The position numbers and the translations under genes were made by a program. The notes beneath the pieces were generated by a model. The model did no database searches and had not been told where the DNA came from. It saw nothing but the letters and a program-made list of their open reading frames with translations. DNA of 64,000 bases from Balamuthia mandrillaris (taxonomy: Eukaryota): assembly GCA_031835245.2 (NCBI GenBank), contig JAVKOQ020000032.1, positions 62,001 through 126,000 on the forward strand. Direction: 5' to 3'. Positions within the stretch are counted from its first letter, which is position 1. Each line of letters begins with the position of its first letter. Positions 1 through 12,200 of the stretch are shown here, in pieces.

Positions 1-1041
1 TTCTTTGTTGTTGTTGTTAGAGGAGGTTTGAAGAGAAGCAAGAGGAAGAGATGGAAGGTTGACGACGTCGTCATCTTCAGCAAGAAGAGCAGCCACAATG
101 GCTTGTTTGGAAGGTGGATTCGTTATTACTTCCTCCTCCTTCGTCATTTGCGTTTGCAACAAAGAAGACGTGCATGTTTCCGTTGTTGGTTGTGTGGAAG
201 GAGCGGCAGTAGAGGCAGGGACGTCCTTCTTCGATGCAGTTGTCTTCTTGTGGTTGTTAGCGGTGGTGTTGTGGTTGGGTCGAACCGTTGCTAAGGGCTT
301 CTTTGCCTTCAATGCTTCAGTCATCATCTTGGCGCGGTGCTGCTGCGTTGCTTTGGCCTTGGCGGTCAGAGGACGAACGGGATTGGTCGTAGAAGAGGTC
401 TTTGTGGTAGAAGTATTCGTGGAAGAAGCAGACTTGTTGCTGTTGGAGGAAGCGACAACGGTGGAAGGAGGGTTCAGTCTCGGCTTGACTCGTCGTTGGG
501 AAGCAGCATTGGTAGCCGTGGCACCAACTTCTCGCTGCTTCAACGGAGCTGGTCTTTTCCTCATGGTGTTGTAGCTCTTGTTCAGGGAGGCGGAAGAAGC
601 AGATGAGGAAGCAGAAGCCGAGGAAGAAGCTACAGCAGCAGTAGGGCGAAATGAAGGCAGGGGAGGTTTTCTGATCAAACGATTCGGTTTTTGTGTTGTG
701 GAGGTGGAAGTAGTGGTAGAAGAAGAGGAACCACCAGTAGGAAAGAGAGGCTTAGAGACTGGACGCACTTTCTTCTTTTTTACAACAGGTCCGGCCTTCG
801 CAGCAGCAACATTGTCTTGAGAGATCTCAGCGGCTACGGCAGGCGGAGCGGCCGACGATCCTTGCAAGTGTTGCTTGATAAAAGTTGGGGAGAGCGGCTC
901 CTGCTCCTCCACAAACGACTCTTGGTGGTGACGAAACCATTCCACGTCGTCGTTGGAGGACGACAGGTCCTGCTCGTCCTCCTCAAAGGCCCCAAAGTCG
1001 CAAAACTGCGGCGCGTCGATCTTGTCGTAGATGGAACTCAT
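1..1041 (-). CDS. TPX2: TPX2-like spindle protein, N-terminal part (runs off window start)
   Basis: Uninterrupted minus-strand frame from ATG at 1041 to position 1. It is absent from the ORF track because it has no stop. Begins MSSIYDKIDAPQFCDFGAFEEDEQDLSSSNDDVEWF, resembling the TPX2 Aurora-A-binding motif (Y..DAP..F..F...D.WF), followed by S/T/K/P-rich disordered sequence. Confidence 0.7.
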   Translation of the reverse strand, partial: MSSIYDKIDAPQFCDFGAFEEDEQDLSSSNDDVEWFRHHQESFVEEQEPLSPTFIKQHLQGSSAAPPAVAAEISQDNVAAAKAGPVVKKKKVRPVSKPLFPTGGSSSSTTTSTSTTQKPNRLIRKPPLPSFRPTAAVASSSASASSSASSASLNKSYNTMRKRPAPLKQREVGATATNAASQRRVKPRLNPPSTVVASSNSNKSASSTNTSTTKTSSTTNPVRPLTAKAKATQQHRAKMMTEALKAKKPLATVRPNHNTTANNHKKTTASKKDVPASTAAPSTQPTTETCTSSLLQTQMTKEEEVITNPPSKQAIVAALLAEDDDVVNLPSLPLASLQTSSNNNNKE

Positions 1042-1314
1042 CTTCTTCTGCCTTGCCGTGGTACTCCTCCGTGGGTCCTTTGCCCAGTGACTCAAACGAC
1101 AGAGGACTGAGTGTTGTGCTTAGCTTTGGGTTGGCTGTTTGGAATTCGTTTCTGTTTTGGCGAACAAATCTGAAGACGTACTAACGATTATTAACGGCTA
1201 GTTTTCCCGCGCTTTTTAAACGAAAATTTTGTCGACTTAGCAGGCGTAGGTTCGACTCGAGAGAGCGACATTCCGTTTCTTTTTCTATGTCGACGAGAAA
1301 GACAGAAAGAAAAG

Positions 1315-1960
1315 ATGGAAGCAAGCGCGGTGCAGAAAGCGCAAGCTCTCACCGATTTTTTCTGCTCCGGTACAGAGTATTCCGCCAAGGTCCTCCAGAA
1401 CGTGAAACTCTCCTTTGACTCCATTCTACCGGAGAACAACGGGCTTCGTTTCTCTTTGATCGTCAGCGTACGTTACCTCTTCCTCCTAAGGCGAAAAAAA
1501 AATCGTATCAATCGAAATTGTTTTTATTATTGAAACAGGATGAAGTGGTAAACCTTGGACAAAACCTGCACGGCGGCGTCACGGCCACTTTGTTGGACGT
1601 ACTGACGAGCCTCGCCCTCTTGACCTACGACAAGAAGTCACGCGGCAGCGTTTCCACCAACCTCTCCGTCGACTACATCAGCGCCGCCCCGAACCACTGT
1701 GAGCTCTGGGCTGGTACAAATTTCCTTCCTTGCCCCTTCTTTCTTCTTCTCTTTCCTCTCGTTGCTCACAGAAACAACAAAAACAAACAGATTGTAGAGT
1801 TTTAAAGATAGGAGCAACTTTGGGTTTCACGGAGATGGAGCTGCGGCGGAAAGACAACAACGCACTTGTTGCCAAAGGCTCACATACCAAGTTCTTCCTT
1901 CCGGGTTCCTTCTCGGTTTCTTCATCCTCTTCCTCTGCACCCAAGAAAGCTGCTTTGTGA
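1315..1960 (+). CDS. PaaI/hotdog-fold acyl-CoA thioesterase (ACOT13/THEM2-like), 3 exons
   Basis: NLGQNLHGGVTATLLD and SVSTNLSVDYISAA motifs; C-terminal VLKIGATLGFTEMEL...LVAKGSHTKF. Two GT-AG introns join the ORF pieces in frame. Confidence 0.88.
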
Positions 1961-2062
1961 GATTCTTCCTGCTGTACTGGTTTGGTGCATGAGAGAAAGA
2001 CTGGAGAAACGAAGCGATCAGCAGAAGAGAAGAGAGGAGAGGAAAGAGGAGAGAGAACAAAC

Positions 2063-3319
2063 CTATTCTTGACCCACGTTCACACGACCCCGCTGCTCTC
2101 GTCCTGTTCGACTCAGCGTCGTTGAAGAAGTATCCTGCTGAAAGCCTACATCCTCTATGGCCACCTCCACGCCACCGCTATTAACTCCCTCCGTTGTTGT
2201 TGAGGTTGACGTTGTCTCTCCCTCGTTGTGATGATGCTGATGTTGCTCATGGTTTTCTTCAAGAAGGGTCTCCGCCCATACGTAATCGCATCGCTCCGTT
2301 GGTGACTCGTTACCACACACCCAATATACCGTCACCACCATCACTGACTCTCCTTCGTCTGCATCATTTGTGGCTCCATCTCTATTTCCGTCTGCGTTCT
2401 CAACTTCTTCTCGAACAGAAGAAGAGGAGGAAATGGTGGTAGGAATAGCTTTTCGGCCTATACATAAGGCTGGTACTAAGCAGTGACAGTGTTTGAGCGC
2501 TGTGGTGGCTTCTAGTTCTTTCCTTCGTTCTTCCAACAAGTCCAATGCTTTATCTAGCTTTGTTAATGATTTTCTTCTCTCAACGATGGTGGTGTTGTTG
2601 GTATTGCTAAGGGAAGTTGGAGAACTAAGGATGCCGCTATGCGAGAAACTAAGGATAGCAGGAGAGGTAGCGGTTGAGGAGGAAGAGGATGACGAGGAGG
2701 AAGGAGTGGAAGGAGCTGGATCGGAGAATTGAGGTGGGATGGGGAGCTCTATAGGGGGAGGTGTGAGGTCGCTCAACAGGGTAGCCGCTTGGGCGCTCAA
2801 TTCGGTTTTACGTTTCTTTGGGCTGGTGCGTGCTCCACCTGCTCCCAGCACGGACTTTTCTATTGTTGGAAACAATTAGAAGAGAAATGACAGAAAGAAA
2901 GAGAGAGAAAGAGAGGAAGGGTTACAGGGAGCAAGGAGAGAAAGGTAACAAACCTTGGTTACGAGCACAAAGCAAGTTCAACAAATGGCGAGAAGAGGTA
3001 CCCTTTCCTTGGGTACCTCGGATGTGTCTATCCAGCCGAGCCAACTGACCAGGCCCATGCAGCTTGAATGTGGAGTTGCAGAGCGTGCACTCCACCGTTT
3101 CTGCCGTCCGGCAGATGATGTAACCGGGCTCATGCTTTATGTTCTTCAGGTACTGCGCGATCTTTGCTCTGGTTTCTGCCAGAGAGGGATTCTTCTTGGA
3201 TCGTTTCCGTCGCATTTTCTCTGCTTTGGAGGCGGCATCAGAGGAGGAAGAACTTGCGCTGCTGTCGGTACGTTTGCGCTTTCCCTGTGTGTGCTTTTGG
3301 CGTTCAGTCTTCTTGTTGC

Positions 3320-3352
<33 letters not shown>

Positions 3353-4143
3353 GAAAGAAGAAAGAAGCACTTCAGAAGCAGAAAAAGCAAAAGAACAAGA
3401 AGCAAAGAAGAGGCAAGAAGAAAAACATGACTGAAAGAAAACCTGAGTTCTCAGAGTGGAGAGGCCCAGCCAAACACAAAGGGGCAAGCCCAACGCCTGC
3501 ACGACCATATTCTGGTCAAGTTTATCTACAAGCGCCTCTGTGATGATCCCATTTTCCTGCAGCTTGTCTCTGGTGCGTTGTATCAAAGGGTTGTCCGGTT
3601 GCATGTGAAGCTCGTTGCTGAGCTCCTCCATAAAGTTCTCGAAGCTCCAGCTTTTTTAACACAGCGAGAAGAAAACAGATAGAGAAGAAAGAGGAAGGAA
3701 GATAATTTTTCGTTAGTTTCTCATCAAAGAAAGGATGACAACAAAAAAGAAAGAAAGGAAGGAAGGAAAGTAGTGTACACTATTGGGGCTTCACAAAACG
3801 CCTCTTTTGCTGCTGCTGCATCTCCAACAAAATGCTGTGGCTGCTGTTGAGCTGCTGGCGCTGACGCTACAAAAGCGCTTTGCTGCAGCTCGGCTCCCCC
3901 ATCCCCACCGTATTGTGGCTGGGCGTGGGCAAACACCACGGCAGAAGAAGAAGGAGAAGGCGAGGCAAAAGGCGACGACGAAGCAGAATGGCGGCGGTGT
4001 GGCGCGCCAAGCGGATTTCCCCCTTCCATGAGGATGGCAGCGAGGTGCGGCTGGCGTTCCTTGTCCTTGGCGCTGGCTCCGTTGGCTCCACAAAATTTGG
4101 CGCTTTTTGGGAGAAGGTGGCGGCCAACGTATACTTTTGGCAT
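2063..4143 (-). CDS. Uncharacterised multi-exon protein with SAM-like helical region, C2H2-like finger and C-terminal GRF-like Zn finger
   Basis: ORF pieces 3724-4143, 3146-3631, 2922-3215 and 2063-2875 are separated by CT-rich GT-AG introns. Motifs: VWSFENFMEEL; VECTLCNSTFKL...LDRH...SRH; CHC...YWVCGN...CDYVW. Basic NLS-like RRKRSKK. Confidence 0.6.
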
Positions 4144-4476
4144 TTACTCCATTTTTTATCCTAATAGGACAGCTTTTTTTCACGTCACCTATTACCCTTG
4201 TCGGTCCTGGCTTCTCTCTCTCTCTTCTCTCTCCCGCCTCTCTGTTCTCACTTGGCGTTGAGTATTCTGGTTGCAGGAGAGAGAAGAGGCCATCCTGGCT
4301 TTCACTTTTTAACTCCTCTCTCTCTCTCTCTCTCTCTCTCCTCGCGTCTCTCTCTCGCTCTCTGCATTGCAGACACAACGCAGGCACGAGACTCCAGTTC
4401 ATCGCTTGCTAAATTATTATAAATAAGTTTTTCTCTTCTTCTCTTTCATTTTCATTTTCATTCCGTTCTTCGTTTA

Positions 4477-6942
4477 TCACTCTTTGGTGTTCGCTTGAGC
4501 TTTTTTTGAGCTGGCGGTTGCTCTTTGCCGCAACCCAACGGCTTGTTGCTCTCCGTCTTTCTGCTCTTGCTCTTCCTTCTTCTCGTCTTTCTTTTCTTCC
4601 TGTTCTTCTTTATTGACTGAGTCTTCATCGACCTCCTCCGTTCCTCCTTGTCCAAACTCGTTGACGCGAGTCTTGTCCACTGGATAGATCCACCGCTGAT
4701 ACAAGAATATGAAAAAGATAATATCTGTCGTTGCGTTGCAGTTTTGTTAGGATAGCTAGCAATAACAGAACAGAGAGAGAAAAGTGTGGAACAGCAGAAG
4801 AGAAAAGAGGAATACCATCACGGAAGCAAGCAAGTCTGTGCATGGTTGGCATTTTGATGATGAACGCGAAGAGATCGTCCACAAAGGTGTTCAAAGCCTT
4901 GTACATGAAGGTCTTCCACGGCATGTGTGCCACGCTCTTCAATTTGTAGTTGATGAACAGTTGCGGCGTCATCATGATAAAACCTTTAATAAGAAAGAAG
5001 GTTAATGATGTCAAAAGAAAAGGAGTGTAGAGAAGAAATGGAGAGCCCAGCTGATTGCCAGGAGGAGTAAGAAAAGCAAAGTACCAAAAGTATAAATAGC
5101 TCCAGTGAGACTGCTGAGAATCCAAGAGTACCAGCTCTTGTGCGTCTGGTACATCAGAGAGTAGACAGCATAACAAGCAACCAACGGATACAGAACATAC
5201 GACAGCCACTGCATCGCCTTATCATCATACTCCTTCGTTTTGGCTGTGTACGTCGACTTGGCTTTGAAATGGATACGTGGGTAGCTTCCTATTTGTTTCA
5301 TGGTTAAGCAACTAAAAGTTGGTTCGAAGTGGTTTTTTTTTGGTTATTTTGTTTTACCTTGAGGCCAAGAATAAGAGACGTCACCAGCTTTGGTGATCTT
5401 CCAGGCTTCAATGAGGAGGCCGACACCACTGCTGATGAGGATGATCCAGCTGGTATCGTTGTCGAGAAGGTAGAGGAAGATGACAAACTGGATGAAGACG
5501 TTGAGAAAGATGGTTCGTACGGAAAGACCTTCCATTGACTTTCTGTTCTTCCAAAACGTGATGTCTTTTGTTTTGAAAGAAACGAGATAATCAGCAAATA
5601 AAAGAAAAAAGAAAGAGACAAAAAGAAAGAAAGAAAGAAAAAACAAGCAAGCAAGAAAGGAAACCATTTTTGAAGGCAAGAAAGTCAAAAATGCTGTGAA
5701 GAACTGAAACAAAGAGCGTCAAGCCCAATAAATAGGGATTTGTCTCAAATAGCATTCGCTGTATATAACTTTCTATTAGCATCTGCTCTCTTCATGTCAA
5801 GCGAATTTTGAGTACGGTAAAGAATAACTAACCTTAACTTCGTCCGTTTCTCCCTCTACTCCTCCAAGCGATTCTTGCATCTGGAAGGATTGTTGCATTT
5901 GTACCATCATCTGCCACTTCCACAACGAAACAGAGCCATAGCTCATCGTCAAAGGAACTACAGGAGTGGTTTCGTTGATAGGAAACAGCTGTTCTCGCAT
6001 CAACCAAAACTCGTTAAAGTAGAGAGTTGGATAGTAATTTCCATGTTTATCGAATTGCAAGACTGTAACAGTTTAAAAAAATACAAAAGGACGCTCGTGT
6101 TAACATCAAAGATAAGAAATAAACAGGCTAACAAATGGACAACAAAAAGGATAGACGAACGTACGTTCGAAGATTTGAGGAGGAAGGCTTCCTCGAGGAA
6201 AGGTGCTAGTGTCTTGCACCAAATTCAAAGTGAGATTTGGCTTCCAAAACGAAATATACTGTTCGTGATAGCCAAAACAGAAAAAATCAGTGCTCAGTGT
6301 AAAAACTTTGAAACAAATGAAAGACAAAGAGAAGAAGATAGCGAAGATAAGGAGAAGAGAGCAACCTGTAAATGCGGAAAACCTTGTTCTTCAGCTTTCG
6401 CTAAATCAGTGACGGAGTCCTCCAATTCGCCTGACAAGAGGTTCTTCTTGAATGTCAACTTTGGAGCAGGCATGTACCTGTTCAACACTTTATTTTAACG
6501 TAAGAGAAAGTTGGATAAGACACTACAGAGAAAGAGAGAGAGAAGAGAGAAAATTCTTACAATGGGCTCTGTAAATGACAGCACTGCGACGATAGTCAGG
6601 AGAAGAAGGATCCGGCGAGTAACCTTTCTTCACAAGGAACACATGAGCATAGAGAGTACCATTGTTTAACACTGACTGTTTTTTATTTGGTTGTGTCATG
6701 TTAGAACAGAGGAGAACAGAGGAAGTAGTGACAAGAGACGAGAGAAAAAGAGAGAAAATGCTCAACCTGAGGCAGAGTAATGTTGGCTTCTTTTTGCCGC
6801 TCGTTTTCTTCGCTGTCAGTGAACGAAAGGTCGTACTCCCGCCAGAGCAAAGCGCTTGTGTCATTAAACCGTTTGAACTCCTCTCCTTCCTCTGAGATAT
6901 AAACATAGAGATCCTATTCATGAAGGCAAAGAAAAGAAGAAG

Positions 6943-6979
<37 letters not shown>

Positions 6980-7290
6980 CAACATCAGTTTACCTTTCAA
7001 AACAATAAACGCGTGACCACCACCACCACAACAAAAAAAAAAAAAAAAATAGGTACCAGTATTTCGCCTCCTTTGAAAAGACAGCGATGGGGCGGCAGAG
7101 CCTTTCCGGTGACAGGGTCTGTGGTCTGGGGGGCGTCCTTCTTGAAGAAGAACGAGTAGACAGCGTACATGACGAACATCTGGAAGAGAAGGCCCTTCCA
7201 ATTGAAGCCAGCAGCTTGCTGTTGTTGACGCCCCGCGGCGGCCCTGGGTGCTCCTCCTCCACCTCCTCCTCCGCCACTTCCTTGTGTCAT
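4477..7290 (-). CDS. CLPTM1: Cleft lip and palate transmembrane protein 1 family (CLPTM1/CLPTM1L), multi-exon
   Basis: Conserved blocks ETNPYLLGLTLFVSVLHSIFDFLAFKNDITFW, SMEGLSVR, GFIMMTPQLFINYKLKSVAHMPWK, YKALNTFVDDLFAF, YQRWIYPVDKTRVNEFG. Confidence 0.95.
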
Positions 7291-7556
7291 CTTCTTCTTC
7301 GCTACTTTTCTTTTTCTTTTTTTTCTTCAATTCCCCTTTTTGAGCCGAAATGACGTCATATGTCGACACGTCAACCACCACGTCGACAATTATAGATGAT
7401 GTCATCGAGAACCCTCTTTCGAAAAAATAATTTTCCGACATTCTTTGAATAATTTTCGGATCTATTCAATATATCTTTCGTGGGAACCCTCAAACAACCA
7501 AGCGAGTAGCACGGCAAAAAGAAGCAACAAACAACCCAGTAGTAGTAGCAACAACA

Positions 7557-7625
7557 ATGGCGAGCCTCACCACTTCCACCAACGAAAGGATTGTGAAGAG
7601 CCTCTTCCAGAAGTATGACAAAGGT

Positions 7626-7659
<34 letters not shown>

Positions 7660-8381
7660 GCAAAACAAAAAAAAAAAACATGCCCTACCCACTATCGAAC
7701 TGGCCTTCTTTGCAAAAAAAAAAACTTACATTTTTTTTTGAAAACACCGCTCCAGATCAAAGCGGCTCCATAGATAATGCCGAGCTGAAGGAGCTGTTGC
7801 AGGACATGGGCGTCCAGGAGATAGAGCAAGCTGCCTCCCTTCTTGCCGACAAGAACCAGGACGGCCACATTGACTGGAAGGAGTTCTACCCGTGGTGGTG
7901 CCAGTGGGTCAAGGACCGCGTCCTCACCGAAGGCAGCAAATACAAGAAACTGCAGCAGGCCTTTGCTTACTTCCAACAGGTGGACAAGGGTTCGTCTCCC
8001 TCTTTTCTTCCTCTTTTTCTTTCTCTTTGCGCGTTGCCTTTCTCTTTCTTTTTTCGCATTCACCCACTCTATTGTCCTTTCTCTTTCAGTCCCGCTGTTT
8101 TTGTCCTTGTATTTGTCTTTGTCTTTCATAGTTTCTTGTCCTTTCTTTCTTTTTTGTTGCTTCTCTTTTTTGTTTCTAATAGAACTAACTTTTTGCAAAC
8201 AAAAACAAAACAATAACAATAAATAGACGGCAGTGGAAGCATCGACAAAGAGGAATACATCAAGCTTTGCGACAGTTTGGGCTATTCGGACAAGGCAGGC
8301 TCCGGCTTGGCACAACTGGACAAAGACCAAAGCGGTACCATTGACTTTCAAGAGTTTTTGGACTGGCTCAAGTGGTTGTAA
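7557..8381 (+). CDS. Four-EF-hand calcium-binding protein, 3 exons
   Basis: EF loops DKDQSGSIDNAE, DKNQDGHIDWKE, DKDGSGSIDKEE and DKDQSGTIDFQE after removing two GT-AG introns; stop TAA at 8379-8381. Confidence 0.9.
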
Positions 8382-8559
8382 AAACTCTGTTTTTTTGTTT
8401 CAAAATTCATCATCGTTTCTTTTGTTCAAATAGGAGCAAAGAACAGCCTATTCGCTTATGTTTTCTCTTCTAGAGAGGTGTTTTTGAACAAAAACTCAAG
8501 CAGAAAGAGAAGGAAGGAAAGAAAGTGGCAATGGTGGTGTATTGCAAGTGGAGGAAACA

Positions 8560-9100
8560 ACTACCACTTCAGTCTGCTTTGCAAATGCCACAAGCCAGTT
8601 GAACTGATGGAAAGAACGAGACCTCCTGTTCTTGGTATCAAGGCAATCCGTTCTCGCTGGCCCATTGCAACACTTTCAACTGACCAGCCTGGGTAGCGTG
8701 GACACGAGTTGCCACGTCCTTGGTATCAAGGGCATCCGTTCTCCCTGGCCCATCGCAACACCTCCTAATGGCCATTCATGGCAGCCAAGGCGCAGGTCCA
8801 CCACTCGTTCCAAGGGCAGCCGTTGGCCCTGGCCCATTTCTTGCTGCCTCCTTGCAAGTCTCCCCGCTCCAAGGGCATCCGTTGGCCCTCAACCACTTCA
8901 ACACCTCCAGATGGCCGTGCTCTGCAGCGAAGGAGCAGGTGTACAAGTTCCAAGGGCACTCCCCGTTGGCTCTGGCCCATTGCAGCACCTCCACAAGGCC
9001 CTTCTTGGCAGAAGCAATCGTTACCTCAACTGTTAGATGTCCTTTTTCCGTGCGTTCAACAGTTCTTTTTGCAGCTTCCCACCCTATGTGTTCTTTGGAA
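8560..9100 (-). pseudogene. Decayed ankyrin-repeat gene of the 'GHLEVL.W.R.NGCPW' type
   Basis: Repeats EVLQWARANGECPW, AAEHGHLEVLKWLRANGCPW and WARANGCPWNEW are broken by a frameshift near 8835, an in-frame TAG (GH*EVL) and two TGA codons at the CP/LP-W position. Confidence 0.85.
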
Positions 9101-9153
9101 GTACGCCCGGAAAAAGGACATCTAACAGTTGAGGTAACGATTGCTTATGCCAA
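9005..9153. repeat. 51-bp inverted repeat with 47-bp spacer
   Basis: 9005-9055 is the reverse complement of 9103-9153 with 2 mismatches (core GCAATCGTTACCTCAACTGTTAGATGTCCTTTTTCCG). Confidence 0.95.
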
Positions 9154-9274
9154 AGCACACGAAGGAACAAGCAAGAAAAAAGAGTGCTATGGCAACTTTC
9201 TTTACAAAAAAAAAGGTTTTAAAGGTATACAAAGAAAAGAACAAAAAAGGTTGGGCGTGTCTCGCGAAAGAGAG

Positions 9275-12200
9275 CTACGGAATCCTTGGCTCGGGCGGAG
9301 CAAATGATCTCGACTTTCTCTTTTCTTGTTTCTTTTGTTGCTCCCGGTCTCTCTTTTCCTTCTCTCGCTCCTCCTTTTCTTTCTCCTTCATCCCCTTCTT
9401 CTCCTCCTTCTCCTTCTTTTCCAGCTCCTTCTTCTCCTTTCTCTCCTGCTCCTTCTTTGCCTTCTTCTCGGCCTTCTCCTTCTTCTCCATCTCTCGTTTG
9501 GCCTTCTTCTCCGCTCGCTTGTCCTTCCTCTCCTCGTCCTTCTTCACCCGGTTGGCCTTGTTCTTGCCGCCTCGACGGAAGCTCGGCGTTTTAAGGATCT
9601 TTCTCGGTGATTTGAGCTTGTTGGTGACGCCTTTTCCTCCTTTCTTCGCCATCTTCTCAGACTTGGCTCGGCGCGAGTCGTCATCTTCCTCATCGTCATC
9701 ATCATCGTCCTCGTCGTCGTCATCATCGTCATCATCATCCTCTGCGTAAAGGTCGTATCCTTCATCATCATCGTCGTCGTCATCGTCATCATCGTCACCT
9801 TCTTCTGCTTTTGCTCCTTTCTTTCGATGCATTACAGTTCCTCCTCGCAAGTTGCTCGCATCTGTGGCTGTGTGACTCCTTTGACGCGTTCCAACATTGA
9901 CAGAGTTGTTCAACGAGCTGGAAGAAATGGAGGAGGGCGTTTTGTTGTTGATAAATGAGGAACGGATGTTGTTTCCGTTGTTGAGGGTGTTGATGTTGTT
10001 GTTGCTATTGTTGATAGTGTTATTGGCAGCAGCAGCTTGTTGAGCCACAAACTTGCCGCTGGTGGGACCCCACGTTCTCGCGTTGTTATTCGGTGATGAA
10101 GAAGAAGAAGAAGGACCATTGAAGGATGACGGTGGTCTAGTAAAGTTTCCACTGTTTCTAGCGATTGAGTTGTTGTTATTGTTGTTGGGGTTGGAGAAGT
10201 TTCCACTGCTTCGGTTGTGCAAATACCGAAAAGCAGGAGGAGAACTTGATCCTGCTGCTCCTCCTGCTCCTGCTCCTGCCCCTGCTCCGGCCGCTCCTTG
10301 CTGATGCTTGGCCTGCATTCGAGCCAACGCCTCCTCCGCTTTCTTCTTTAACCTCTCCTCATCTATGTTGCTGCCAGCTGCTCCAGCTCCTCCATTGGAC
10401 ATGTCCTTGTTGGAGGCCACTCTTTGCAGCAACGTGCCTACCCTGGCTCCGCTCTTCATGTCTCTGGCCCAAGGAGGCAGATTCTGGCCAGAGCTGAGGG
10501 ATCCTCCGGAGGAAGAGCTCGGCAAGGAATCTCGCCGCTCGAAAGAACCAGGACCTATAGTTGTGCGCTGTCTCGCTCCCCACATGAGAGCTGGATTTAA
10601 CGTGCCGCCGCTGCCAATCTCTGCTCCTCCCGCAACTCCTGGAGAGGCCAGACGATCTCTAGCAGGTGGTCCCACCCGTCGTAATGTACCAAAGGGATTA
10701 GTGGTAGTGGGAGAGTCCTCTGAGTTAGCTCTTGGTGCTCCAGGACCTGGTCCAGGTCCACTGCCTCCTGTTCTCCGTAGGGTTGGCCATTGGGCGCCAC
10801 CATTACCACCAGGGCCGCTATTGCCGTTTCCGTTACCGTTGGGAGCGGCCCGACTGGGATCTGAGACCTTCCGTAAGGTTGGAAAGATGATGCCCGAGGC
10901 CGTGGAAGTCTCTCCACCGATGGTCGTTCTGCGAAGGCCAGAAGAAGAGAATCTCGGGTTGGGGAACTTGGCGTCGGAAGATGAAGCAGCACCGCCGGCT
11001 TCTCCTTCTTTGGTGTTCGCAGCATCTTCTTTTGGTGGTGGCCGACGAGAGACTGGTTTGAGCATTGCTCTAAAGTTGCTACCTTCGCCAGAATCCTTGA
11101 TCTCACTGGCCAAGTTGAACTTTTGCATGACAGTGCTTTGCTTTCCGGTCGGGGTGAGCATCCATGGCGGCGAGTTGCTGTTGCCCCCTTTCTCTCCTCC
11201 CTTCTCCCCTTTATCTCCGCCTTGCTCTCTTCTCTTCCTAAAGTAAGCTCCACTCTTGATTTGTCGAATCATGTCTTCCATGACCGCTCCATCGGGACCT
11301 GCCTCCACCGATCCTCCTCGAGAGCGTCTGTTGGCTCTCAGCGTGGCATCTTTGGGTTTGTTTGCCTCCTTCTTGGCATCTTCCCTTCTTTTGACGTTCT
11401 CCAAGTGAGCCGTCTCAAAGGCAGATATGAAGGTGTTGACGGTGCCAAAGAGCTGTTCGGGGGTGCAAGTGTCCGCCTCTCCAAAGTAAGCAGCCAGCTC
11501 CTTGAACTCCTTCTCCATGGCCTCCCTCTCCTCGTCTAACTTCTTGCAAGTAGGCAAAGAACGTTGCAGGAATGGTCCCAAAGTGGCTTGAAGCGGTTTG
11601 TCGGTGGCTGAGTTGGTAAGTGCTGCTTGCTGCAACTCCTCTTCCACTAGCTTCAAACCATCCATCAGTTCCTTCATGGCGACCGTAGTTATGGGAAAGG
11701 ACACACGACATGCGGAGGGAATGTGCTTCAGCTCCTTGGCAAAGGTTAACAGCTCCGAATGTTTACGCTCCACCAGTTCAGCTAGGTAGTTGAGCAGAGT
11801 GAACTTGCCGTCGTGTGAGCGAGTGTCTTGAAGCTTGGTAAGAACATCCAGCTGGAAGCCGTAGGCGGCTCCGCGGAAAGTACCGCCATTGATGTAGTTG
11901 CCAAGGGCTAGAATGACTTCCATCAGGCTCTTGAACTTGGGGCTGGTCTTTAGTTCTTTGGTGGACTTGACTACTGCTTCAATATCCTGTTGTTGTTTGT
12001 TAAAAGGGCCGCTCAAAAACGTACGAGAGAGACAGAGAGAACGAATGAAGACAACAAGAAAGCCAAAGAAACCTACCGGTTGAACATCATCATAAAGCTC
12101 CTGGAACTTGAGCTTAAATGCCAAGGCCCGCAATCTCTGTTCCAACCTTGGAATGTCCCTCAAAACCCAGAAGAACTGCTCCGCTTTGCCCAAGTTGGAG

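Noticed and set aside
8620..8770. Stop-codon reassignment (TGA=Trp, TAG=Gln) suggested by in-frame stops
   Set aside because: Intact genes end in TGA (actin, RTK) and TAG (formin, NCBP3, EFL1), and the ankyrin copy also has a frameshift.
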